Below, piece by piece: positions 12,735-24,553 of a stretch of DNA of 34,907 nucleotides. The number at the start of each line of letters is the position of its first letter. The stretch's first letter is position 1. The DNA is taken from the NCBI GenBank assembly GCA_013265495.1, contig MU057448.1, positions 150,181 through 185,087 on the forward strand, written 5' to 3'. Below the pieces are notes generated by a model, which saw only the letters and a list, made by a program, of their open reading frames with translations, was not told the origin of the DNA and searched no databases. The stretch is from Vicugna vicugna. Lineage: Eukaryota. A program made the position numbers and the translations under genes.

Positions 12735-12800
12735 TCTTGATTGTGGTGGTGGTTTCATGGGTGTATACATCTATCAAAATCCATCAAATTTTACATCTAA
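12735..12800 (+). mobile_element. L1M 3' end fragment
   Basis: cttgattgtggtggtggtttcatgggtgtatacatctatcaaaa..catcaaatt. Confidence 0.7.
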
Positions 12801-12801
12801 A

Positions 12802-12844
12802 ATATATATATAAAAAATATATATATATATAAATATATATATAT
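12802..12844. repeat. Interrupted (TA)n microsatellite
   Basis: Directly visible AT runs. Confidence 0.9.
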
Positions 12845-12854
12845 TTTCCATGTA

Positions 12855-12952
12855 TGACAGGCTTTTTGCTTGCTTTGTCTGATTCTATGTGCCAAGCACT
12901 TAGTCCAGCTCCTGGCATATTGAAGGACAAATATTTGTAAAATAAATAAATG
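12855..12952 (+). mobile_element. LINE-2 3' terminus
   Basis: agcacttag..cctggcatat..aaatatttgt..aataaataaatg. Confidence 0.6.
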
Positions 12953-13064
12953 TATTCCACCCTGATTTATTTTTAATGTTCAGTATATTAGTAATCTCAT
13001 GTATAGTTATTTCACTAAAAGAGAAATTACTTAAAATTTTATTAGACAGTTTTATGCTTAATAG

Positions 13065-13492
13065 AATGCAGAAACTATTTGATGGACATTACATCCACTT
13101 ACTGTTTCTACTGAGTTCATAGCTGGACTACCTTTCTTAGCCTCTCTTACAGTTAAGTATGTTTATGTGATTTGTGTCTGGCCAGTGAATTACAGGTGGA
13201 ACCAAAATAACACTTCCATGCCTGACCATATATTCTTCTGATTGCTCTCTTCCCTGTAGGCTGGATTGAAAGAAAATGCCCAGTATGACCACAGAAACCA
13301 TATTTTGACGATGGCAAAGACTGCATTATTATCCCAGGACCCCGAATGTCTTCATGGAGTGGACAGTCCCTCTCCCCGCCACCATCTCTACTTAGATTTT
13401 ATGTGAGTAAGAAATAAATACTTCAGATGCTACACTACTGAGATTTGGCAGTATTATTTATAAAAGCAGTTAGATTGATCCTGATTAATACA
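13065..13492 (+). mobile_element. 5' LTR of a MaLR provirus (MLT1I-like)
   Basis: agctggactac..cagttaagtatg..atgtga..ctggcca, gtgagtaagaaataaa, ctgagatttgg; ends in ctgattaataca. Confidence 0.8.
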
Positions 13493-13604
13493 AAAGTGTT
13501 ATCTTAAAGTGTAGTGCTGCTGTGACAAAAATCTAAATGTACATCATTGTCTTGATAATTGGGTGGCAGGGAGTAATGACAGTGATGTGAAGAAAAGGTA
13601 GACA

Positions 13605-14390
13605 CAGTGCTGGTGGGAAAGCAAAATTGCACATACACTTTGGAGGACAGTTAGTTTCTTACAAAACTAAAAATACTCTTGTTATATAATCCAGCAATCA
13701 TGCTCCTTCATAGTTAGAGGTGAAAATTTATGTCCATAGAAAAACCTGCATGCAGGTGTTTATATATATAGGAGCTTTGTATTTGAAAGCAACCAAGATG
13801 TCCTTCAGTAGATAAACTGATAAACACTGGTACATCCCAGAAGTGGAATATTATTCAGTGCTAAAAAGAAATGAGCTGTTAAGCCAGGTAAAGACATGGT
13901 GGAAACTTAAATGTATGTTGTTACTAAATGAAAGAAAGCCAATATGAAAAAAGCTGCAAGCTGTATCATTCCAACTCGATGACGTTCTGGAAGAGGCAAC
14001 ACTTTGGAGCCAGTAAAAAGCTCAGTGGTTGCCAGGGGAGAGGGGAATATGGGAATTCTCTGTACTCTGAAGAACAGAGCAGAGAGACTTTTTAGAGCAG
14101 TGAAACTATTCTGTGTAATACTCCAGTGGTGGATACATATTATTATATGTTTTTCCAAACCCTGAAAATGCACAACAGGCATGAACCCAAATGGACTTGG
14201 GATGGTAATAATATATCAATGCAGGTTCATTGATTGTAACAAATGTGCCACTTGGTGCCAGGTGATGATAGTGCGGGAGGTGGTGCATGTTGGTTGGGGT
14301 AGGGTTGGGGATCATGTGGTAACTCTTTGTGCTCTTCACTCAGTTTTGCTGTGGACTTTAAACTGCTCTATAAAATTGTATATTAAAAAT
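13605..14390 (+). mobile_element. L1MC-type 3' end nested in the MaLR internal region
   Basis: gctggtgggaa, atccagcaatcatgctcc, ggaatattattcagtgctaaaaagaaatgagct, tgattgtaacaaatgtgccac; ends aaactgctcta..tattaaaaa. Confidence 0.9.
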
Positions 14391-14468
14391 AGAACGATGG
14401 AAAGCCACATTATGCAGCATTAAATAGTTACACAGTTGTCACCTGTGATAACACGGATTGCTGACCAC

Positions 14469-14922
14469 TGTGTGACTCTACTAGGGCTGCTGTAACAAAG
14501 TATCACGACTTGTGTGGCTTATATAACAGACATGCATTATCTCACACTTCTGGAGGCTAGAAGTCCAAGATTAGGTGTCAGAGTTGCTTCCTTATGAGGG
14601 TGTGAGGAAGGCTTTGTTTCATGCCCCTCCTCTAGTTTCTGGTGGTTCTCTGGTGATCTGCCATCCTGTGATTTGCAAAATCACCAGTGATTTCTGCTTT
14701 CATCTTCATGTAGTATTCTTGTGTGTATGTCTCTGTGTCTTAATTCTTCCTTTTTATAAGAACACCTGTTATATTGGATTAGGAGTCCACCCTATTCCAG
14801 GAAGTCCTCAATGTAATTAATTACATCTGTGATGACCCTATTTCCAAATGAGGTCACATGAGATACTGGGGGCTAAGTCTTCAACATGTGAATTTTGTGG
14901 GAACACAAATCAACTCATAATA
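14469..14922 (-). mobile_element. MLT1C-like solo MaLR LTR
   Basis: ctagggctgctgtaacaaagta, tctcacacttctggaggctagaagtccaagat, accctatttccaaatgaggtcaca, acacaaatcaactcataa. Confidence 0.9.
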
Positions 14923-15956
14923 TTTATCAAACCTAGAAGTGTAAGGGAACAAACTGAAATAGAATGTTAGTATATTTTGGTTGCTATTAGCTGAGTGTAA
15001 CAAGGAAAATAAAGAAAAAGATGGGCTTAACTAACCATTGCCTGGTGTAATGTAATGGTCATAATGATATAAGATTGCGAATAGCATGATTCCAGAAATA
15101 TGAGGCTTCAAAGAATTGGAAAAAAAACCCCAACAAACAGTAGGAAATAAAATTGAAATAGCTCTGGGTGACAAAGATCTCCCCACTCAAGCTTTAAGTT
15201 CTCAAAATTGCTTATACAGAATTAAAGAGAATGGAATAGGGCAAGGTGGCAAAAACCAATTTGAGCTTAATAATTATTTCTGGGGAAAAAAACTATTGGG
15301 AAATAAAAGTGTGACTATTGGCAAATGAAACAGACTAAAAATATGCACATAAGAAGCCTATTAAGCAGTTGATAAAATGAGACCAACTTTTAAAAAGGAT
15401 TTGACCATTCAAGTTCTAAAACAACTTCTAGACCATCAAATATGCACCAGTTGGAAGTATGCTGTGGAAGCTGCAGAGCTCACAAGCCGGGCAGAGTTGT
15501 CAAAGCCAGCTTCAGATGGGTCCATGGAAGAAAATGGACACAAAGAAGTTTGCAGAAGCTGGCTCTTGTGGCCACAGACAACAACGGACATGAAATCTTA
15601 TTCCTTTCAGAGAGCAGAATTAGAGTCATTTAATGAACCTCTGAATCCAGGAGCAACACAAGGCTTGCCACAATATTTCCAAATTACCATGTCCTGAGAT
15701 TATGGTGTGTTTCCGTTGCTTCCCTTTGATTGTGAGTTTCTTATACTGCATTTGTTCTTATTGGGTATATGGGAGGACAGGAGTGTAGCTCCCTATAGCA
15801 TGGGTCACAGAAGGACATGAGTAAAGAAAAGTGAGTTGTGTGCAAATCCTAGTCCTATATATCTCTGGAGATGGAGCTAAGGCTTTCTCATTGGGAATTA
15901 AGTGGCTGTGTTTTATCAGAAGAAGAATAAAATAAGTATGTGGCCACTAGAAGTAC

Positions 15957-16341
15957 TGTCCATACAGAGTCTGGTTGGTTTTTCACCCAATTCTTTCCTC
16001 CTGGGCACAGAATTCTTCCAGCCTTATATGCAGCTAAGTGTACCTATGTGACTAAATTCTGACCACTGCTACGTTTAAACAATAAAAATCACTTGCATGT
16101 TTTTTTCTGTTTTCTCATTTTTTCATTTGCTTACTGGATGTCACTGCTACAGACATCTTTGAAAGCCATATACTGAATATAGTTCAAGGCTCCATCAACT
16201 TGGCTTCTTGAATTCCTTGAGCAAACCCCACCCTTTCATGCCAATTAATCTTACATAATTAGACATACATTTGTATTTGTTAAGTCACTGAGATATGGGG
16301 GGTTATCTGTTGCAGGAGTTAGTAGTACTTTAATTAACAGA
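15957..16341 (+). mobile_element. 3' LTR of the MaLR provirus (MLT1I-like)
   Basis: cctgggcacag, gcagctaagtgtacctatgtgactaaattctgacca and gttaagtcactgagat..gggttatctgttgcag are colinear with the 5' LTR. Confidence 0.78.
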
Positions 16342-16359
16342 TGTATCTTTGTTATATTT

Positions 16360-16660
16360 GGTCTTAGGTTGTGTTATCTGAGACGTAGGCCCTAAGAAAA
16401 GAATGTCAATACAAATAGTTTATGTGGGAGGTTTTTGCAGAATGAATATGAAGGAAATAAGACAATTCAGTGTGTGTGAATAAGGCTACTGCTCTAGTCA
16501 ACCTAGCCTTAATCCTCATGGTGACTTCTAAGACAGTGCATGGATCATATCTCTGAGACACTTCACTCAACAGATAAAAAGCTGTGTCATTGGATGAGGG
16601 CTTCTTCTAGAGACATCAACCCATTGGCCCTTAGGCCTGTACATGCTTGCCTCAAGCATG
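16360..16660 (-). mobile_element. Old ERVL-type LTR fragment
   Basis: gtcttaggttgtgttatctgaga..ccctaaga..aaatagtttatgtgggaggt resembles ERVL LTR ends. Confidence 0.5.
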
Positions 16661-16661
16661 C

Positions 16662-16952
16662 TGTTATAGACTGAGTTATGGCCCCCAATTCATTTGTTAA
16701 AGCACTTCCCCCCTCCATGTGACTATATTTGGACATAGAACCTTAAAGAGGTAATTTAAGTTAAATAAAATGATAAGGATGGGCCCCTAATCCAATTTAA
16801 CTGCTGTCCTTGTGAGAAGGAGACTCCAAGGGTGTGTGTGCAGAGAAAGAGTCACTGGGACACAATGAGAAAGAAATGTTTATAAGCCAAGGAGGGGGCC
16901 TCAGAAGACACCTATGGACACCTTGATCTTGGACTTCCAACCTCCAGAAGTG
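16662..16952 (+). mobile_element. MLT1B-like MaLR LTR, 3'-truncated
   Basis: tgttatagactga, gtgactatatttgga, ccctaatccaat, aagccaaggag..ggcctcagaag, accttgatcttggacttccaacctccagaa. Confidence 0.88.
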
Positions 16953-17294
16953 CTATCTGTGGTAGTTGTGTTCTATAAAGTTGTCATTATTTCCTTTGCT
17001 GCTCCTCTAGTACAGGATCTTACAATGGTAGAACTACATTTTGTTTTTAAATAGTAGCTTCTTGGCTCCATTTCCCAAATATTTTCACTGACAAATCTAG
17101 ATGATTTCTAAGCTTTCTAAGATGCCACTCATGTACTGCCTCTTAAAATCACTATTCACTATGAGCTGCATCCAGTTTGCATCTCTGCCTCACTTTCATC
17201 ATCCACCACAGTAGATCCACAGTATGAATGCATCCCTCCCCTGCTCTGCCTCTCTTTCTCTTTGTCTCTCTCCAGCATGTTTGACTTGCCGCCA

Positions 17295-17485
17295 TACAGG
17301 CTGGGAACCAGGAAACATGGAATCTAAACCCGGCTCTATCACATACATGCTTTGTCATAGGGATGGTTCATTTAAGCTCTTTGAGAGTTAACATCTGTAA
17401 AATGGGCATAATAATATCTTCCTTCCCAAGGTTATCTGTGATACTCAAAATAAACATAAATTGAAAATATAAAGCTCTATAGAAA
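17295..17485 (+). mobile_element. MIR SINE
   Basis: Core catctgtaaaatgggcataataata, preceded by head-like tctaaacccggctctatcac. Confidence 0.8.
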
Positions 17486-18745
17486 CACAAGCTAATGCAA
17501 AGATGGTGGAACTCACTAGCTACCCAGGGATGCTATCTGTATTGATAGAGTACAGCTTCCTCTGCTTCTTGCAAACAGACTGCAGAGTCCTACTAACAGC
17601 ACTGTGACACAAGTAACTCCTTACTCACAATGTTTGGAAGAGTTATTTTTTTTCCTATATTAATTTTTGTAAGATAAAGGCAAGATAAAAAAAGGGGGAC
17701 ATGAGAGATATTCTGTAGAATTACAGTTAATTAGAATTGGCAGGATAAATATTTCTGAAGAAGAAAACAAAGCTGAAAGGGAAGACAAGAGATGAAATAA
17801 GAAAAAGAAGCAGTTTGATACAATTAAGATAACATGTTATAATCCAACATCTGCCCTGGCTTTTGATTTTTGAGTGGATCAGCTGGTGGAGAACTTTTTG
17901 ATGTCAAACAGGGAAAGATGCCAGCTGGCAACTCTAGAGGCTAAATTCAGAGACCCTCCTATTTCCACAAAACATTTTGAAAAAGAAACATACATTTAAC
18001 TCACTAGAGAACAAGCAAGGAAAGATCTGATCTTGCAGTCTTACAGTATTTACTAGAAATTATGTTTCAAGTCCTATGAGGTGAATATTTTGAATATATA
18101 AGGAATTTTGACTTGATGCTTTGTTCACTGCACTGCAGATGTATTTGTTTGTTTGTTTGCTTTTTGCATCCAAAATGCTGTGATGTTAACTGAGCAGCAA
18201 GATGTGGGATCGACTCTAGAAAATGGATCTCTCTTGTTCAAAATGATGTCGGCAACATCTACAGGCATTTGTATCTGGGGAGTGGACCTCAGGGGCAAAC
18301 GATGAAGAATTTGAATGTACTTAAGTACAATTTGTGAATACTGGGGAGCCTTGCACTCATCACTAACTAATTTTAACCTATTTACTTAAACCTCGATTCA
18401 ATTTCAGTAACATTAAGATATCAGACTATTTGATGGCATATTACAGGTTTTGTAAGATATATGCCCAATGGAGTAAATCAGGACACAGGAGAATGCTGCA
18501 CATTTCATAATTTTATACTAAGCAGTCAAGTTTTCCTTCTGGCAGGTCATTTGATTCTCTGCAGGTGGCTAAGCCTGCCTGTAAAGAGAGAGCCCTGAGT
18601 CACATGTTACACAAATGAAATGCAGTTATCTTTGTGGGTAGCGTTGTAAGATTTGGAACAAGTCTTTAGGTCTAATATAAAGATCCTTCAAATAAATCAT
18701 CCAGCTAAGCTTCTGTGTCCCCAAACTCCTAATTTAAAAATGTTG

Positions 18746-18793
18746 ATAAATGAAGTACCTCTGTAGTTAATAAATGAAGTATCTCTTTAGTTA
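18746..18793. repeat. 24-bp tandem duplication with 2 mismatches
   Basis: ataaatgaagtacctctgtagtta followed by ataaatgaagtatctctttagtta. Confidence 0.9.
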
Positions 18794-21559
18794 TCCTTCA
18801 TCAGCAACATTCATTTTAATGGAAAGTGAGTTTACAGGGTTACATTATTGAACTACTGAGCCAAGTCAGTGTTGGCAAATGATGGGCTAAAGTATTGATG
18901 TTACACACTAATGAATTCTGATGAGAAATAAAACACAGACATCACATTTCAAGTGGTTCATAATTATTTTTGTACTTTAAAAGCAATTTTATTCTTTTTT
19001 CAAATTGGTTCTGTAAAACAAAAACAGTTTGTGATTAGACTAAAATTATTGAGTTTGTGGCAAAAAATGCTCTTGCAAGTTTTCATTTCTGTGAAGATAA
19101 TATTATTCACACTAGGTTTCTGATTTCCTTGTATACTTCTAGGAAAAGATAATTAAATTAAATGTCTAAATTTTAAAATCAGTTGTGTTTAAATGAGATA
19201 ATCTGCTTTGCAACCATGGTTAGCATTTCAACAGATGATTTTCTAATGTATGATATGTCTATCAACATGTTTACAGGAGCTGTGTTGAGATACCACAATT
19301 ATTTCCGGTAATGACAAATACAGAGGGACTTCTATGAAGCAGATTTATTTTAGTGAAAAGTTATCTTCAAATGTGTGATGCAGAATGAAATGTGTACTGT
19401 AAAGTGATAGATGTTTGACATGACAGTCAGAGCCTGGTGGTAAGAACTGAAGCAGGCTCGTATTTCGTTTAGGCACACAGAGCTCTATACGTTCCATAAG
19501 ATAACAAGAGATTCCTTCAGTATTTCCTAATGACTTAACTGTCCCAGATTTAATTGCATGGGTCTGCGACCTAACCTCTTTCTAGTGAAGTGACTCAAAC
19601 AAAGGCTCAATTTCAAGAGGTCTTGGACTGATTTTTAATTAAGAGTGATGAGAAGTAGAAATCATAGCTGATGTGGAGTTAGTTCAGAAATTCATCGCTT
19701 GCTGGTCATGAATCAGTGGACGAGTCCTCAGCTTCTTGACAGCTCAGTTACCAACCCCGTAAGCAGGGCAACAGGTCCTCCTCTCCTGTCAGAGAAGGCT
19801 GTTATAATTCCCAAATCAGAGATTCACAAAACTGAAGCCTGTTAGGAAATCCCAAGTAAATTTACTTCTTGTATTTGCTTAGACTGTAGTTCATTTCAGA
19901 AGGGTCATCAGAACTGGTTTGGAGAGTATTTTCTTTAGCAACTGAGGGAATATGATGCAGGGGAAGGATTCAGGAGAGTTTCCAAATCAAGGTTCGGTCA
20001 ACATCTGGATTATCTCCCCCTTACAATAACATGCGCAGTTCCTCTCAAGAATGAAAATCTGAAGGTGAGCTTCCTTCATCACGCTGGACTGAGGCAGGAG
20101 ATGCAGCGCAGTGTACTCTGGTTCTCATGTCATGTACATGTCATATGACATTCTAAACAGTGGGACTTGTTGCATCTTAACTCTGCAACATCCCATTCCC
20201 ACATTAAAGTTTTCTGAGTCATTTTCTTCATCTTTAAAATTTTTCTTTTTATCTATGATGGACTTGGCACCATTTGTGGATAATATCCTACTTCAAATTT
20301 TATTTTTTTTTGTATTTAAAAATTTATTCTAATATTTTCCTCTTGTTATAACTGCTCTGTTCATTGTTCTATAATCTTGATACTTTCAGATGAAAAAATT
20401 ATGTGTCTGAGTTAATCTCACATCAAAGGAGCATCATTATATAATGATGATGCTTTATTGTATGAAAAATACCTACTGGATATGCTCCATTAGTCACTAA
20501 TTTTCAAACTTTAAGTTCTGTCTTTGAAAAACTCCTCTGCCCCACATTACTGATATGGCTTCTCCACTTGAAAAATGTACTGCCTGTATAAAGTGAATTA
20601 AAAAAGAAATGCTGGGTATTATTTTGCCTAAGTCCAGGATGAAGAAATCAAAACACATAAAAATGTATGTCTTTCTAATATAAACAATCCTGAATATGCT
20701 TATTTTATTTTAAAATAAAAAAGGAATACATTTTGGTTTTTTCATGTTATTTAATATAATAAAGGTTGTAGATAATTTAACTCACAGAATTTAACATCGA
20801 CAAGTATTTTATTAACCTCCTGAATCTACGTCACAGTGATATATGTGTGAATGAATGTATTTCTGTTTTGATATCAGTATTTGAATTGAGATTCTCCTTG
20901 CTTATCTTCAAATGGAAGGAAGATAGATAATGTAACTAGCATTGTCACCCACAGGCACTCATGGATGTTGTCAGCAAGAGTCTTCCAAATATTTTGAGAT
21001 ATGAAAGGATCAGAAGACCAATATCATATGGAATGAACAAAACCCAAAGAATTAAAGAATAAAAGGTTATGAACAGAGTAATAAAACCCACTTTGAGGGA
21101 AACAGGAAATTGCATGGAATCTAGGGCAGAAAAAGGAGCTCTTAGACTTAAACCAATTGTTTGGCAGTCAAGCCAACACATGAAAAGGACAATGTTGACT
21201 TGGTTACCTTAAGGGACAAGAAAAACTTTATTTATTGATTGATTCCATGTCTTTATTAGGATGTTCCTAGATGCTGTCCTACATTCTATATCCTAAAGGC
21301 TATGTTTAGGTGCGAATTAAGCAATGGAGATGCTCCCTAAGTTGGGCCCACTGGAGATCTGGCCCTGATGTTTGTTGGCCTCATTGAGTACTCATCTCTA
21401 CCCCAGCCCTGTAACTCACCATACAGGCCCTCTAATTTTACCTGCAGGAAACTGTTCAGCTTTATGCTCCTTGAACTGTCAGTTCTACTATGTGAGGTAA
21501 TTCCATGTGAACTTTAAAAATTCTGTTCAAAATATATTCTAATTTGTCTTATAACTCAT

Positions 21560-22330
21560 TTCTTGATCCACCTGATTAAAATTGTGTGACAATTTCCAAA
21601 TACTGAGGGAATTTTTCAAATATCTTTTAATGATTGATTTCTAGTAATTCCATTGTGATCAGACAACATTTTCCTCACTATTTTAATCCTTTTAAATTTA
21701 TTAAGACTTGCTATATGACCCAGGATATGGTCTATATTTGAAAATGTTCTGCATGTATTTTAAAATAAAGTATATTCCATTTGTTGTTGGAGTGTTCTAT
21801 CTATATCAATTATGTCAAGTTGGTTGATAGCATTGTTCAGTTCTTCCCTGTTCCTACTGATTTTCTGTTTGTATGTGCTATCTATTACCAAGAGGAGCAC
21901 TGAAATCATAAACTATAATGAGATACCCTTTTATTTCCACTTTAAGTTTTCTGAGTATTTGCTTTATATATTTTGAAATTTTCTTAATTGATAAATATAC
22001 GTTTATGATTGTTATATATGCTTGATTCTTTTAGTGAAATGACATTCTTGAGACCTGGTAACATTTCTAGTTGTAAAGTTTAATTTATCTGATATTAATG
22101 TAGCCTCTCCAACTGTATTATGCTTGGTGTGTCATGGTGTGTCTTTTTCCATCCTTATACTTTTAAATGATCATTGTCAATATTAAACAGTGTCATTTAC
22201 AATTAAATTTGAATCTTGTATCTTTACTAATGTGATATATCTATTCATAACTGGAGTTTTTAGTCCATTTATATTTAATTTAAATTTTAATATGATTAGA
22301 TTTTGTTCTATAGATGATATTTTTGCTGAA
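21560..22330 (-). mobile_element. Old LINE-1 ORF2 5' (endonuclease-side) fragment
   Basis: atatgacccaggatatggtctat, gtcaagttggttgatag, tgaaatc..aactataat, tagtccatttatatttaat. Confidence 0.82.
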
Positions 22331-22433
22331 TAAATAATTATTTCATTTTTTTTCTTCAGCAGTTTAAATATTCTTCTATGTCTTCAGGTCTCCATAGGTT
22401 CTGACAAAATGTTAGAGGTAATTTTTTATTTCC

Positions 22434-22493
22434 TTCTATAACCCCCTGCCCACCCTTTGTTGGAAAGGGGGTTGTGGGCAGGGGGTTATAGAA
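22434..22493. repeat. Perfect 20-bp inverted repeat with 20-nt spacer (hairpin/cruciform)
   Basis: ttctataaccccctgcccac (22434-22453) is the exact reverse complement of gtgggcagggggttatagaa (22474-22493). Confidence 0.97.
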
Positions 22494-22589
22494 ACTTTCA
22501 ATATTTACTTTAGGAGTTATCTCCTTTAGAAAACTGACCTTACAAAATAAAAAAAGTGCCCTTCTGTTTACTGTCATTTATGTTTACAT

Positions 22590-22722
22590 AACGTTCTGTC
22601 TGCCACCTTTATAAGACTGCAACCTTTTGGAAGATAGAGATTATATTTCAGCTTTGGACTCTGTTTCTAGCAAAAATGCCTTTCAAATAGTAGGGAACCC
22701 CCCAAATGTGTCTTGGAAATAA
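22590..22722 (+). mobile_element. LINE-2 3' terminus
   Basis: agactgcaacc..ggaagatagaga..tctagca..atgcct..atagtagg..aaatgt. Confidence 0.55.
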
Positions 22723-23419
22723 CTGATATAACTGATATTCAACTTAACTATACACTGCTGTAGGTCAAACAACATGAGGTATATTGTATGCATTATATTG
22801 GCATTCAATGAGTACAGAGTGAAATCAATGTTTCAATATGTTATGGAAATTTATGGAATTCTAAAAGTATACTTTCAACATATAAAGATAATGAAACAAT
22901 TGATTCCAAAGGTATGAGTATAGAAGAAATGAACTCATAAATTCTCTTTCACCTGCAATTTTCTGGCTCCAAATAGACTTTTGGCAACAGGCATTTTATT
23001 TCTTAGCCATAGGCAGCTTTGGATGAGGGCGGAGTGATGATTTTACATTTAACACAAGATGTTGATTATTTATTTGGATGTTTTAACTTACAACATTTGT
23101 CTAATTCTTCTTTTAGTTTATGTGTTTTATGCATATTTTATGACTGAGGCAAGAATCATTAAAAGATTTGAAGTTAACCAAGCATTCCTTTTGTTCCACT
23201 GTGTGACTAGATGTGTTGTGTACCTCCATGTTGTGTCTTGAATTCCCAAGAGTTTGAAATGATGTTAGACATGGAGTTGCAAGGTCAGAAGGTGGGGAGA
23301 TTAGAAAGCATAAATGTTCTTGTGATTAACTGATTTTGGCAAATTTTGGCAAGAAGTTGTTGCATATTTGAAATCAAATTATAGCAGTAAAAGGTAAGAG
23401 AGAGGAGAAAGTGAGTTAA

Positions 23420-23495
23420 GGTTGTACATTGTTAACTGCGTTCTGAGCATGCTGCATGCATCATCTCATCTGGTTCTCACCGCAGCTCTTCAGTA
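23420..23495 (-). mobile_element. MIR fragment
   Basis: gttctgagcatgctgcatgcatcatctcatctggttctcac. Confidence 0.5.
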
Positions 23496-23744
23496 TATGC
23501 TGTATATAACTGTCTCTCACCCCCAATAACACTGCCACACAAGCAATCAAACAACTCCCCAACCCCCCTACTCCAAAACTCAAGTTCTGGCATTCAAGCT
23601 GGTAAGTCTATATTTCCAGTTCAACATGGAGAGATTAAACAAATAAAAAAGTTTACTCTCTCAACTATTTTGAGCTATTTATTTACACAGGTAATAAGGC
23701 AAAATGCACTGTTAAAATGTATTTCAGTACCTCCCCTGTCATCT

Positions 23745-23887
23745 CATATGCCCCTTCCCTATTTTATTTTTCTCCTTAGCACAGAGCACTGGTATACCCT
23801 TAACTTGTTTACTGGCTTGTTATCCCTTATTGAAATGTAAGTTCACAAGGGTTAGAAATTTTGTCTATTTTGCTATTACTGTATCTT
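23745..23887 (+). mobile_element. LINE-2 (L2a-like) fragment
   Basis: ttttatttttctccttagcac and aatgtaagttcacaaggg..ttttgtctattttg..actgtatc. Confidence 0.7.
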
Positions 23888-23898
23888 TTTTCATGAAA

Positions 23899-23957
23899 TT
23901 TTTTTTTTGTAGTCAAATTTAACAAGGGTTTTTTTTTTTTGTAGTCAAATTTAACAA
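23899..23957. repeat. Tandem duplication Tn-GTAGTCAAATTTAACAA x2 with GGG at the junction
   Basis: T10-gtagtcaaatttaacaa-ggg-T12-gtagtcaaatttaacaa. Confidence 0.92.
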
Positions 23958-24279
23958 TATTTTCCTTAACGGTTTTCTTCCCTCATTTAAGAAAGGTTTT
24001 CTTACCTAAATACTATTCAGTAGTCAGTATTTTAGAAAAGATCAATCTTTAATGCTTATTCTAAATTTATATAAACTTATGAAATAATCTATTTTATATT
24101 ATCCCTCAGATATTTACCTTTATCCCTAGATAGCTGCCAAATAAATAGTCTCATTACATACAATTTGAAATCCTATTCTCATTATATTCTAAATTCTAAA
24201 TATTTGGGGGGCATTCCTGTATGCTCTATTTCAGTGCCTAGCCTCAGGTCTGCTGCCTGTTTTGTAAAGAAGTTTTACC

Positions 24280-24553
24280 NNNNNNNNNNNNNNNNNNNNN
24301 NNNNNNNNNNNNNNNNNNNNNNNNNNNNNNNNNNNNNNNNNNNNNNNNNNNNNNNNNNNNNNNNNNNNNNNNNNNNNNNNNNNNNNNNNNNNNNNNNNNN
24401 NNNNNNNNNNNNNNNNNNNNNNNNNNNNNNNNNNNNNNNNNNNNNNNNNNNNNNNNNNNNNNNNNNNNNNNNNNNNNNNNNNNNNNNNNNNNNNNNNNNN
24501 NNNNNNNNNNNNNNNNNNNNNNNNNNNNNNNNNNNNNNNNNNNNNNNNNNNNN
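24280..24553. other. Assembly gap
   Basis: Run of N. Confidence 1.

Larger units (their letters stand above)
13493..15956 (+). mobile_element. MaLR internal region (MLT-int), interrupted by L1MC and MLT1C
   Basis: Begins right after the LTR with gtgctgctgtgacaaaaatctaaatg (MLT-int start) and ends tggccactagaagtac just before the second LTR. Confidence 0.65.

Noticed and set aside
15377..15697. 106-aa ATG ORF in the MaLR internal region
   Set aside because: No recognisable gag motif; the length is within chance for a decayed A-rich element.
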